A stretch of DNA of 64,000 nucleotides from a virus. Position numbers and translations under genes: made by a program. The notes beneath the pieces were generated by a model. The model saw only the letters and a program-made list of their open reading frames with translations, had not been told where the DNA came from and did no database searches. The stretch spans positions 12,476 through 76,475 of the IMG/VR virus record IMGVR_UViG_3300002131_000176; one strand, written 5' to 3'. This document shows, piece after piece, positions 19,271-29,051 of the stretch. Positions within the stretch are counted from its first letter, which is position 1, and each line of letters starts with the position of its first letter.

Positions 19271-20126
19271 TTAAATAACTCCACACACATGATTTCGCTG
19301 ATCCACCATCGCCAGGGTTATTAGGCACCCAGATATTAATTTTGTTTCTTATACTTTTATTAAAAGCACAGCCACCAGTAAAAATTACTCCATCATGGTC
19401 AACCTTAGGGGTCCAATGATTATATATGTTTATAATTAGATCTTCGAATATACTTTGTACAGCTGGGGCGATAAGCTCTGCGCTTATTCTTATATCAGTG
19501 CCTTTGTGTAAATTGACTTTAAATAATGGAGCCCAGCTGTGTTCAACAATGAATAAGTCTTTTATATGTTTTTTTAAATCAAGATCAATTTCATTTTCAG
19601 ATGCAATTTTTTCAAATAATCCTTCATCTTTATTAGGATGTAGTCCGGCAACTTGTGTCATTGAACTGTAAAAAAGGCCTATGCTGTGCGGATAATTAAT
19701 TGATGCTATTTTTTTATTATCATTCCAAACCGAGGTGCAATCAATCTCACCTATTGAGTCTGCAACAATAATTAACGGGTTAACATACGGACTATCATAT
19801 TGATGGCCACAATGACTTTTATGGTGGTCAACGTAGGTGTACGCGCAATTTATATTTTTTGATTTAAGATATTTTGAAATGTTATTTGAGGCATACACAT
19901 TCTTATGTCCATCCCACCACTGCCTTAACATTTTTTTCCATGGATTTTCATACCATACAACCAAGTTAGGCTCACCGTAATCATGTTTTAATTTTTCAAT
20001 AACATCTATATTGTGTTCAGTATCTCGAGTATAACTTTCAAAAACAACTGCACCAGCATAAAATACAACTATTGATGCATCATGGCCCTTTCCAGACATT
20101 CCCCAAATAATATCATAATTTTTCAT
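19263..20126 (-). CDS. Carbamoyltransferase N-terminal (Kae1-like) domain only, NodU/CmcH family
   Basis: GHDAS, HHKSH, DSIGE..CTS, HSIGLFYS, GGCAFN, PGDGGSA. The ORF stops right after the N-domain (287 aa). Confidence 0.8.
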   Translation of the reverse strand: MKNYDIIWGMSGKGHDASIVVFYAGAVVFESYTRDTEHNIDVIEKLKHDYGEPNLVVWYENPWKKMLRQWWDGHKNVYASNNISKYLKSKNINCAYTYVDHHKSHCGHQYDSPYVNPLIIVADSIGEIDCTSVWNDNKKIASINYPHSIGLFYSSMTQVAGLHPNKDEGLFEKIASENEIDLDLKKHIKDLFIVEHSWAPLFKVNLHKGTDIRISAELIAPAVQSIFEDLIINIYNHWTPKVDHDGVIFTGGCAFNKSIRNKINIWVPNNPGDGGSAKSCVWSYLNA

Positions 20127-20171
20127 TTGTAATTTTCATGTAATATTAACAGTTTATAATACACTTTAGTG

Positions 20172-20945
20172 TTATCCAAAAGATATATGGAAGTCTTTGT
20201 TAACATGGTGCACGAAGTGGGACCCAGCCGAGATATCCGGGCAGTTATGGTCTAATAAAAAATTCCACTGCAATCCAATATTTTTAAATGGAACATTATA
20301 TTTCTCAATCAGGTAGGTAACGAATATTTCATTGTTATTTTTCCAGTGCTTACAAATTTCATCCGGATAGATGTTATTTGTTTTTGCTTCATGAAGAACA
20401 GCTTTCATTTCATCAAGCCTCTTTAAAAAGTTTAATTTACTTAACGATTTTTTATTACCTGCAATCACGCCTGTGTTAATAATGCCGCTTGAACCAGTGG
20501 CATCATCTAAGCTTAACATAGCCGTTTTAGCACAAAATTTATTGTACATATTCATAGCATCAAACATATTATGAGTAATGGCTTCGAGCAAAGCTTCTCT
20601 ATCCATTTTTTGTTCTATGTTATACGCACATATAGAATTTAAATCCCAGGCCTCAAAAAAATTGACCTTTGTATTTGGCACTACATCAAAGTCTAAATAC
20701 AAAACCTCGTTGTTATTATCGGCAAATTCTTCTAATAGAATTAATTTATCAAATTGTATTTCATCGTAGTCTGTTGATCTAGCATCAACTAGTATATATG
20801 ATGCACCACAATACATAGCATATTCTTTTTGTGCTTTATAAAGCTGCTTTTTATATTTTTTAAACTGACTAAGTTTGTAGTCTGATGATGACGAGTGGCC
20901 TGGATTTAAGTCATCAGTGAATATACTAAATACAATTCTTTTCAT
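20172..20945 (-). CDS. Glycosyltransferase-like protein (GT-A, DxD), paralog 2
   Basis: VLYLDFDVVP, INTGVIAG, NNEIFVTY, WNFLLD, HFVHHVNK. Confidence 0.7.
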   Translation of the reverse strand: MKRIVFSIFTDDLNPGHSSSSDYKLSQFKKYKKQLYKAQKEYAMYCGASYILVDARSTDYDEIQFDKLILLEEFADNNNEVLYLDFDVVPNTKVNFFEAWDLNSICAYNIEQKMDREALLEAITHNMFDAMNMYNKFCAKTAMLSLDDATGSSGIINTGVIAGNKKSLSKLNFLKRLDEMKAVLHEAKTNNIYPDEICKHWKNNNEIFVTYLIEKYNVPFKNIGLQWNFLLDHNCPDISAGSHFVHHVNKDFHISFG

Positions 20946-21810
20946 ACCAACTCTTTACAAATTCAAATTTCTTATTGATGACATGGCATAGTGTGCAGCC
21001 AGGTTTAATATAATCCCATTTATCAAAGAAATGATGCCATTTCGAGTCTAGCCACTGAATTTTAATATTATTTGTTTTGACTTTATAACTCCAAATAGTT
21101 TCATTGTCATAGCCAAACATATTCCTAATTTGATCTGGCCAAATACCGTCAGATGTTCTAAGTTCGCTCATGAGTGCAATGGTTTGATCAAACGTACCCC
21201 AATAATCTAATTGCTTTATGTCTGCCGCTGATGCACCAATAATACCGGTGTTAAATACATCGTTTTCCCCAGACATATCATTTTCGATCAACATCGCTCG
21301 ACAATTCCAGTACTTAGCCGTAGGCGAACGAATAGAAGATACTCTATTTGGGTCTGTCAGCTCAACGTACTTGTGCAGAACATCATCGTTGTTATTTAGT
21401 ATCGCAATACCGTTGTTTTGCAAATCCCATGCTTCAAAGAAATTATCGTTATTCAGCGGTACTACGTCAAAGTCTAGGTACAAAACCTCATCGTACTCTT
21501 TACTTAACTCATCAAGCAAATGTATCTTGTAAAAGTTAACTACGTTGTATGCAGTGACTTCAGGGTATTTCTCATTGAAATATTTCTTAAACTTAAACCA
21601 CGCATGATCGTTTTCAAATAAAACGTATTTGACACCAATGGCCTCACAGTAGTTTTCATGGCGTTCTTTAAGCCAATCATAATACTCTTTTAGCAACAGC
21701 TTGGTTTTTTCTGTTTTAGGTAATTGGTCCTTGTCCCACTTATACGGGTCTTGGTAATCTAGCTCTGATTTATCAATGTCAATGTATAAGCTATAAACAA
21801 TTCTTTTCAT
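20926..21810 (-). CDS. Glycosyltransferase-like protein (GT-A, DxD), paralog 1
   Basis: VLYLDFDVVP, FNTGIIGA, YDNETIWSY, LCHVINK; shares the MKRIV(Y/F)S N-terminus with the adjacent paralog. Confidence 0.7.
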   Translation of the reverse strand: MKRIVYSLYIDIDKSELDYQDPYKWDKDQLPKTEKTKLLLKEYYDWLKERHENYCEAIGVKYVLFENDHAWFKFKKYFNEKYPEVTAYNVVNFYKIHLLDELSKEYDEVLYLDFDVVPLNNDNFFEAWDLQNNGIAILNNNDDVLHKYVELTDPNRVSSIRSPTAKYWNCRAMLIENDMSGENDVFNTGIIGASAADIKQLDYWGTFDQTIALMSELRTSDGIWPDQIRNMFGYDNETIWSYKVKTNNIKIQWLDSKWHHFFDKWDYIKPGCTLCHVINKKFEFVKSWYEKNCI

Positions 21811-21823
21811 AATAAATATCTAT

Positions 21824-22387
21824 ATGAACTATAAAAACATTTTAGACGTAATTGGTAAGTGCGATGATATCGGACAAGTAAAAGACATTATTAACTCTAT
21901 TAATCAGAATCAAGTTTATAGCAAAGAATGGTTGGTTGAAAGCTGTTTTAAACATATCGAAGCAAAATCAACAGGGATAATTGCAGGTTGGTATGGATTT
22001 TTAGGCGACATGCTTACAAGAAGTGGTATGTGTGATGATATCACTGTCTATGATATGGATCCTAAGTGCACAGAAATTGGATTACAATTGTATCCTCATT
22101 TAAAACATACTACCCAACGCATGGCTGATATAAACCCAAATGCGCACGATCAAATCATTTGTACCTCGTGCGAACATATTAGTGACGAAGAATTAAATGA
22201 TTTTCTAAATAAAAGGACCCGCGGGCAACTGGTTGTACTGCACAGCAACGATTATTATGGGATCCCAGGACACATCAATTGTAAAGGGTCTCTCGATGAA
22301 TTTAAGATGTCATTAAATTTAGAAGTAGTTGAAGCTCTTGAACTCGAAACACACAAATACAAAAGATTTATGGTCATAGGCTATTGA
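21824..22387 (+). CDS. Class I SAM-dependent methyltransferase-like protein
   Basis: SKEWL, IIAGWYGFLG glycine loop, TVYDMDP acidic motif, ICTSCEH. Confidence 0.6.
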   Translation: MNYKNILDVIGKCDDIGQVKDIINSINQNQVYSKEWLVESCFKHIEAKSTGIIAGWYGFLGDMLTRSGMCDDITVYDMDPKCTEIGLQLYPHLKHTTQRMADINPNAHDQIICTSCEHISDEELNDFLNKRTRGQLVVLHSNDYYGIPGHINCKGSLDEFKMSLNLEVVEALELETHKYKRFMVIGY

Positions 22388-22399
22388 ACTTGGTTTATG

Positions 22400-22407
22400 T
22401 ATAAATA
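22400..22407 (+). promoter_or_regulatory. T4-type late promoter TATAAATA
   Basis: Exact match upstream of the 22467/22827 fibre operon. Confidence 0.8.
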
Positions 22408-22466
22408 ATGAATAAGGCAGGGGCGTTATTCATACGTCCGACAAAGAAATTAACAAAGGATAATTC

Positions 22467-22820
22467 GTGGCCACCTATGAAGAATTTAGCATCGATCAAG
22501 GTGCAGACATCACCATTGAGCTACAATGTGTTGATATCACCGGCGCAAAAAAAGATTTGTCAGATCATTTGGTTTTTGCCAAAATGAAAAAGAATTACAA
22601 CAGTGATTCTGCCGATACACTTACCTTCACTACAGGCATTAGTGCTGATCCTACGGATGGCATTTTAACACTAAGCCTCACAAATACCCAGACGGATACT
22701 TTAAAACCCGGTAGATATGTTTACGATGTGGAATTGTCCTTTGTAGACAGTTCGGGTGATACCATAATTGAAAGAATCCTTGAAGGCAGAGTTCAGGTAA
22801 CACCATCAGTCACAAAGTAG
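22467..22820 (+). CDS. Ig-like adaptor protein (BppU-like) preceding the long fibre
   Basis: IDQGAD...DLS, LSLTNTQTDTLKPGRYVYDVEL, RILEGRVQVTPSVT. GTG start. Confidence 0.7.
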   Translation: MATYEEFSIDQGADITIELQCVDITGAKKDLSDHLVFAKMKKNYNSDSADTLTFTTGISADPTDGILTLSLTNTQTDTLKPGRYVYDVELSFVDSSGDTIIERILEGRVQVTPSVTK

Positions 22821-22826
22821 AATAAT

Positions 22827-25800
22827 ATGGCAACAAAAGTTTTAACGCCAGGTACAACAATAGTCAGAAAGATAACATCAGGAAGAACAATAGTCAAAAA
22901 GATTGTTGTTGGCATACCATTAACAAAGAATGTATCTAGTGGCGCAAATGTTGATAACTTAGTTGGCATCAATACCGATGGTAAGCAGACCGGTGATGTG
23001 CTGTTATACGATTCAGATGCTGGTGGTGATTATGTAACCACATCCTTAGTAGACTTAGTAAGAAGCTATATTAGTGCTGGTGGTGATTTATCATATGATT
23101 CTGCCACAGGCGAATTTAGTATTGACGTTGAGCAGATTTATACTGCCGAAAACTTTGATTCCGATTTTATTATTGCCATTCAAACTATTGACGGCAGTTT
23201 AGTACCAAATTTAGATAGCTCATATAATCTAGGTAGTCCAACGAAGAAATGGAAAGATCTATACCTAAGTGGTAATACCATTTACTTGGGTGGCATCAGT
23301 CTTGTCGATCAAGCTGGATCCTTTGCTGTAAAAGATTCAAACGGTGCTGCTGCTCCATTCTCGCTTGAAGCTAACAACACAAATGACCTGGCAGAAGGCG
23401 GTAATAATCTTTATTATACTCGCACCAGGTTTGATTCTGCTTTAGCTGATGGTTTATCTACTCAGCAAATTCGTGCATATTTTGATGGTGGCACTGGTGT
23501 AACGTACGACTCATCTACGGGTGTGTTTTCAATCGGACAGCCGGTTGCAACTACTGATGACGTAACATTTAATAATGTAGACGTATCTGGTGAATTAGTC
23601 GTTCAAGGGAACCTTACAGTTCAAGGTACTACGACAACAATTAATTCAACAACCGTTAGTATAAACGATAAAAATATTGTACTTGCAGATTCTGCTGTAG
23701 ATGCTGCTGCCGCTAACGGTGCTGGTATTACAATTAATGGTGCAGATGCTTCATTAACATATTCTGCAGCTGAAGATAAGTTTGTATTTGATAAAGGTGT
23801 TATAGCACCCAACTATCAGGGTGTTTATCTCGGCTTTGATTCCGATTTAGCTAGAAACTCAACTGTACAATCAATTCGTGGATATTTTAACGCGGCCGGC
23901 GACTTATCATACAATTCAGCCACGGGTGAGTTCTCATTCGATGTTGAGGAAGTATATACAAAAGCTAACTTTGATTCTGATTTCAATGATGCTTTAGACG
24001 AGGCATCAATCAACGGCCTTGGTCTTTCATACAATAGTGCAACAAATACTATTAGTATTACTAATACTGGCGTTACGGCAAATACCTATGGCTCTGCTAC
24101 TCGGATTCCGGTGTTCTCCGTTAATGCTCAAGGTCAACTTACACTGGCCACGGAAACAAATATAGCCTCTGTTGAATCAATAGACTTTGATTCTGCTTCA
24201 GGTAATTTTAATGTGATGACCACTGACGGTCAGTCATTTAATACAGTAATTACGCTTGATCCATATACGACTAGCAACTTAACTGAAGGCGATGACCTTT
24301 ATTATACTAGAGCCAGGTTTGATTCTGCATTAGGCGATACTACATCTATACAATCCATCCGCAGCTATTTAAACGCTGGTGGTGACATGTCATATGATGC
24401 AAATACTGGTACATTCAGTATTAATGTAGAAGAGATCTACACTAAAGCTAATTTTGACAGTGACTTTAATGTCTCAGTCGATGAAGCAGCATTGAATGGT
24501 GATGGCCTATCTTACAATAGCGGAACAAATACTTTAAGCATTACTGCTACTGGCGTTGATTCTGGCACTTATGGATCTACAACACAGATTCCGGTGTTTA
24601 CAGTTAACGACAGAGGACAAATCGATTCTATCGGCACCGTATTAGTTGCTGGTGTATCATCAACTAGTTATGATTCATCAAACGGCCAGTTGACAATCAA
24701 CACAGCCGACGGTAACTCATTTGTTACTACATTGCACGATTCTGCTGATCATGTGTCAAGAGCAAGATATGCAATAACCTCTGTCGATAACGGTGGTGAT
24801 GGTTCATTCACATACAATGCATCCACGGGTGTGCTCACGTACACGGGCCCATCGGCAGCAGAGGTGCGTTCACACTTTAGTGCTAGCGGTGACCTAAGCT
24901 ATGATAGCGCAACAGGTCAATTCACCTTTGATGTTGAAGCTGTTTATACTAAGGCTAATTTTGACAGTGACTTTAATGTATCACTTGACGAAGCCGCATT
25001 AGGTGGTACTGGTTTAACTTATAATTCAGGTACTAATACACTTGACATTACAAACACCGGGGTTGTTGCTGGCGAATACGGTTCTGCAACACAGATACCA
25101 ATTATTACTGTTAATGCTCAAGGACAAGTTGATAGCATTAGTGAAATCCTTGTTGCCGGTGTTACTGATTTTGGCTTTGATTCATCAAACGGACAGTTTA
25201 CAATCAGTACTGCTGACGGTGGTTCATTTACAACAGTTGCAACGTTAGATCCATATACAACAACTACATTGGCCGAAGGCGGTAATCTTTACTATACAAC
25301 GGCACGTGCTGATAGTGATGCAAAGAATTCGGTAAGTGCTACCGACGCTGGTGGTGATGGTTCACTTGTTTACAATAATGGCACTGGTGTGTTTACCTAT
25401 ACTGGCCCTAGCGCTACTGAAACAAGAGCTCACTTTACCGGCGGTACGGGTGTAACGATTACAGATGGTACTGTTGAAATCGGACAGACTGTTGACAGCA
25501 CAAGTGATGTTATTTTCGGCAAAGTAACGGTTGATTCTGCCAACGTTGGTGGTATTAATTTTAACGCAACACCTGGAACATATTCATCCGTACCTGGTGC
25601 GTTGTATTGGGACTCAGATCCACAGAAAGGCTTGAGTTTCACACCCACGACCAATGAAGGTAATAGTGATGTCACAATTAATATTGGCCAAGAATCCTTA
25701 ATTTACGTACACAACCAAACTGGCGAAACGGTTAGCAATGGTGATATTGTTTATATCTCCGGCACCGCACATGGGCAACATCCATCAATTACAAAGGCCA

Positions 25801-28712
25801 AAGCTGATGTTGCAGTATCTGGTACTGTTGCAATGGCAACCATGGATATGGTTGATAATGCTCACGGTTATGTCACTCGTTTTGGTCTTGTAAGAGATCT
25901 AAACACTGGTGGTTTAACTGCTGGTGCTGATGTTTATCTTTCTGTAGACTCTGCTGGTAAGTGGACAACCAATAGTGTTACGGTTGATGATGGTTATCCT
26001 ATTCATATCGGTAAAATTATTAGGGTTGATTCATCAACTGGTTCAATACTTATTGACCCGTTCACCGAACATTTTGAGTATTTAAGAATTCAAGATCGGA
26101 TGATTGTTACCGGATCAGTTGAAGCATCAACAATGCTCATTGATTCCTCTCTTAAATTTGCTGATATTGATTATGCACTACGCCCAGCATGGGATGAAGG
26201 CAGAATGTGGTATGATCAAGACGGTAAAACACTTGCCTATCATACCGCCGATTCTGATTATGTCCAATATATTGGTGAGAGAGAATGGGTACGAGGTAGA
26301 AATAGTTCTGGCCTATTTATTGCAAAAGGTACTCCAGTTTATACGGATGGCGTGCACATTGCCGGTCATCCCATTCACGGACATCATCCATTAATCTACT
26401 CAGCCGATGCTGCTGTAGATGGTAAGTATGAAGTTATTGGTGTTACTGCTCATGATGTTCCTAATGGTGCCCATGGTTATGTTATAACACGTGGTTGGAT
26501 TCAGGACATTGATACAACAGGCCTCGTGTCAGGTCAAAGATTCCATTTGGCCCCAGGTGGTGGTTATCAAGTTGCTGCAGCTAATTATCCTAACTATCCG
26601 ATTGATCTTGGTATTGCTCTTACTATTGATTCTGCCGGTGCTGGTGGTTCAGTTTATATTGATGTTAATAGTCACACACAAGAACAATTACGTATCACTG
26701 GCGATGGAAGAGTTGATGGTAACTTTACCGTTGGTGGTAACCTTAACGTTGTTGGTGTTACCACCTCGGCGATAACACAAGATATAACAGTATCATCTAA
26801 CCTTGTAAAACTTTTGGACGGCAATACACTTGGTACTGCTTATCAAAGTGTGGGTGGCTTGGATGATGCAACATTTATTGGTTCATATCGTGGTGATTCA
26901 GACCTGTTCTATTTTGTAAGAATTGCTTCCACTGATTCCAGTGGTGATGTTATTGAATGGGGTATTTCAGATTCCGATCTGATGTCATACGGTTCATTTA
27001 ATGGCACCTATGGTTATGGTGCTGGATTTGATTCAGCCAATGGTCCTACTACATGGAATCTAATTACTAATGGTTTGACTGCGCCATTAAGAAATAATAT
27101 CTCTATTCGGTTTATTAACGAGACTGGCCACCAGGATTCAGATGTTTGGTGTGCGCACCCAACTGAATTGAATCTTGACCTTGGTATGGTTGGTAACTAC
27201 AACCCCGCGGGCCCTGGTGGTATTAAATATGCAGGTCTGTATAGAAGCGCCACTGATGCACGGTGGAGATTCTTTGATGGCCTGACACAAAACCTTGATA
27301 GTTCTGTTGTTTCAATTTCAGACTCTGATGGGTTTACACTATCAGATGTCCAAGCAAATACTTTTTACGGTTCGCTAAGTGGTAATGCAACAAGTGCAAC
27401 TTCTGCTACACAACTTGCCACAGGTAGAGCATTTAGTCTGACAGGTGATATTACAGCAACTGGTGTATCATTTGATGGTACTGGCTCAGTACAATTAACA
27501 ACTGTTTACAATCCAGGCTCAATTGTTAATGCTGATATTAATGCAACTGCCGGTATTGTAGATACAAAACTTGCTACAATCAGTACTGCGGGTAAAGTTT
27601 CCAACTCTGCTACTACGGCAACTGCTCTTAACACCGGTTCTGCAATCGTTGCTCGTGACGTAAGTGGTAACTTTACTGCTGGTACAATTACCGCTGCATT
27701 AACGGGTAATGTCACAGGCCAGGTTTCTGATATCAGTAATCACAGCACTACGGACTTGTCTGAAGGTGATAACTTATATTATACCAAAGTTCGCGTTGAC
27801 TCAGATGTTAATCAAGGCTTTACTGACCGCAATACAACAAACCTCGTTGAAGGTGATAACCTTTACTATACAAAAGCTCGGGTTGATAGTGATGTCAATC
27901 AAGGTTTTACTGATAGAACAACTACTGATGTAGCAGAAGGTACCAACCTTTACTACACAACGGTTCGTGCAGATAGTGATTTTGATGTTCGATTGACCAC
28001 AAAATCAACAACCGATGTTGCTGAGGGTACTAATCTTTACTATACAACTGCTCGTGCTGATAGTGATTTTGATGCAAGGCTTACAACTAAGTCTACCGAT
28101 GATGTAACCGAAGGTACAAATCTTTACTATACAACGGCTCGTGCTGATAGTGATGCAAAGAATGCAATATCAGTTACAGATACCGGTGGTGATGGTTCAC
28201 TTTCATATAATCCAATTACTGGCATTATTACATACACAGGTCCTTCACCCAGTGAAATAAGATCACATTTCTCTGCTGGTGGTGATTTAAGTTATGATTC
28301 TGCCACTGGTAGATTTAGTATTGATGTTGAAACAATTTACACCAAGATCAATTTTGATTCTGACTTGGGTGATGCTTCAACCGATGACTTGCCTGAAGGT
28401 ATTATAAACCTTTACTATACAACGGCTAGAGCAGATAGTGATTTTGATTCAAGACTTACAACAAAGACAACTACTAATGTAGCAGAAGGTACTAATTTAT
28501 ATTATACCACAGCTAGAGCAGATAGTGATTTTGATGCAAGATTAAATATCAAATCAACCACAGATGTTGCCGAAGGTAGTAACCTTTACTATACAACTGC
28601 TCGTGCAGATTCCGATGTTACAGCATTGGTTGATAGTGATTATATTGCAGCAAGAATTATTGAAGCAGATCCGGCCGGCACTGCCGTAGCAATGGCCATT
28701 GCACTTGGATAA
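22827..28712 (+). CDS. Long repeat-rich tail fibre protein (1961 aa)
   Basis: LVPNLDSSYNLGSPTKKWKDLYL, TTTINSTTVSINDKNIVL, 11 copies of EG-x-NLYYT-x-x-R-x-DS, C-terminal AVAMAIALG. Confidence 0.85.
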   Translation: MATKVLTPGTTIVRKITSGRTIVKKIVVGIPLTKNVSSGANVDNLVGINTDGKQTGDVLLYDSDAGGDYVTTSLVDLVRSYISAGGDLSYDSATGEFSIDVEQIYTAENFDSDFIIAIQTIDGSLVPNLDSSYNLGSPTKKWKDLYLSGNTIYLGGISLVDQAGSFAVKDSNGAAAPFSLEANNTNDLAEGGNNLYYTRTRFDSALADGLSTQQIRAYFDGGTGVTYDSSTGVFSIGQPVATTDDVTFNNVDVSGELVVQGNLTVQGTTTTINSTTVSINDKNIVLADSAVDAAAANGAGITINGADASLTYSAAEDKFVFDKGVIAPNYQGVYLGFDSDLARNSTVQSIRGYFNAAGDLSYNSATGEFSFDVEEVYTKANFDSDFNDALDEASINGLGLSYNSATNTISITNTGVTANTYGSATRIPVFSVNAQGQLTLATETNIASVESIDFDSASGNFNVMTTDGQSFNTVITLDPYTTSNLTEGDDLYYTRARFDSALGDTTSIQSIRSYLNAGGDMSYDANTGTFSINVEEIYTKANFDSDFNVSVDEAALNGDGLSYNSGTNTLSITATGVDSGTYGSTTQIPVFTVNDRGQIDSIGTVLVAGVSSTSYDSSNGQLTINTADGNSFVTTLHDSADHVSRARYAITSVDNGGDGSFTYNASTGVLTYTGPSAAEVRSHFSASGDLSYDSATGQFTFDVEAVYTKANFDSDFNVSLDEAALGGTGLTYNSGTNTLDITNTGVVAGEYGSATQIPIITVNAQGQVDSISEILVAGVTDFGFDSSNGQFTISTADGGSFTTVATLDPYTTTTLAEGGNLYYTTARADSDAKNSVSATDAGGDGSLVYNNGTGVFTYTGPSATETRAHFTGGTGVTITDGTVEIGQTVDSTSDVIFGKVTVDSANVGGINFNATPGTYSSVPGALYWDSDPQKGLSFTPTTNEGNSDVTINIGQESLIYVHNQTGETVSNGDIVYISGTAHGQHPSITKAKADVAVSGTVAMATMDMVDNAHGYVTRFGLVRDLNTGGLTAGADVYLSVDSAGKWTTNSVTVDDGYPIHIGKIIRVDSSTGSILIDPFTEHFEYLRIQDRMIVTGSVEASTMLIDSSLKFADIDYALRPAWDEGRMWYDQDGKTLAYHTADSDYVQYIGEREWVRGRNSSGLFIAKGTPVYTDGVHIAGHPIHGHHPLIYSADAAVDGKYEVIGVTAHDVPNGAHGYVITRGWIQDIDTTGLVSGQRFHLAPGGGYQVAAANYPNYPIDLGIALTIDSAGAGGSVYIDVNSHTQEQLRITGDGRVDGNFTVGGNLNVVGVTTSAITQDITVSSNLVKLLDGNTLGTAYQSVGGLDDATFIGSYRGDSDLFYFVRIASTDSSGDVIEWGISDSDLMSYGSFNGTYGYGAGFDSANGPTTWNLITNGLTAPLRNNISIRFINETGHQDSDVWCAHPTELNLDLGMVGNYNPAGPGGIKYAGLYRSATDARWRFFDGLTQNLDSSVVSISDSDGFTLSDVQANTFYGSLSGNATSATSATQLATGRAFSLTGDITATGVSFDGTGSVQLTTVYNPGSIVNADINATAGIVDTKLATISTAGKVSNSATTATALNTGSAIVARDVSGNFTAGTITAALTGNVTGQVSDISNHSTTDLSEGDNLYYTKVRVDSDVNQGFTDRNTTNLVEGDNLYYTKARVDSDVNQGFTDRTTTDVAEGTNLYYTTVRADSDFDVRLTTKSTTDVAEGTNLYYTTARADSDFDARLTTKSTDDVTEGTNLYYTTARADSDAKNAISVTDTGGDGSLSYNPITGIITYTGPSPSEIRSHFSAGGDLSYDSATGRFSIDVETIYTKINFDSDLGDASTDDLPEGIINLYYTTARADSDFDSRLTTKTTTNVAEGTNLYYTTARADSDFDARLNIKSTTDVAEGSNLYYTTARADSDVTALVDSDYIAARIIEADPAGTAVAMAIALG
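23076..25420 (+). repeat. Internal block repeats in the fibre (GDLSY(D/N)SATG...YTKANFDSDF...TYGS.T.IP)
   Basis: Unit start recurs near 23076, 23896, 24378 and 24886, with another partial copy near 28281. Confidence 0.8.
27741..28620 (+). repeat. Tandem 87-nt (29-aa) coding repeat, 5+3 copies: STTDVAEGTNLYYTTARADSDFDARLTTK
   Basis: Visible in DNA (e.g. gaaggtac.aa.ctttacta.acaac.gct.g.gc.gatagtgat) and protein. Confidence 0.9.
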
Positions 28713-28730
28713 ATAATAAAAGGAAATAAT

Positions 28731-29051
28731 ATGGCAAATACATTTAAAAATTATGCAAGTGCTGGCGTTGGGACATCCCCGGCTACCATACTTACAGCAA
28801 CGGCCAACACAACGGTGATTGGTTATTCAATCGCCAATGTGACGGCAGATACCATTACTGCATCGGTTATAGTTACTATCAGTAGCAGTGATTATTATCT
28901 TATTAAAGATGCGGTTGTTCCAACTGGTGGTGCATTGATACCCATTGGTGGTGATCAGAAGTTGGTGTTGGAAACAGGCGATGCAATTAAAGTATCTAGC
29001 AATACTGCAGCATCTGCTGATGTTATTATGAGTGTATTGGAGATTACTTAA
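28731..29051 (+). CDS. Small fibre-junction protein (MANTFK family)
   Basis: MANTFKN...YLIKDAVVPTGGAL...KLVLETGDAIKV; follows the AIALG fibre end; late-promoter variant GATAAATA at 28708. Confidence 0.7.
   Translation: MANTFKNYASAGVGTSPATILTATANTTVIGYSIANVTADTITASVIVTISSSDYYLIKDAVVPTGGALIPIGGDQKLVLETGDAIKVSSNTAASADVIMSVLEIT

Noticed and set aside
17912-22387. DNA hypermodification cluster (T4-like glucosyl-hmC)
   Set aside because: No dCMP hydroxymethylase, kinase or T4 alpha/beta-GT (GT-B) signatures here. Not excluded genome-wide, but the context favours protein or surface glycans.
27741-28620. CRISPR-like array
   Set aside because: The repeats are in-frame, degenerate at third positions and lack unique spacers: a coding tandem repeat.
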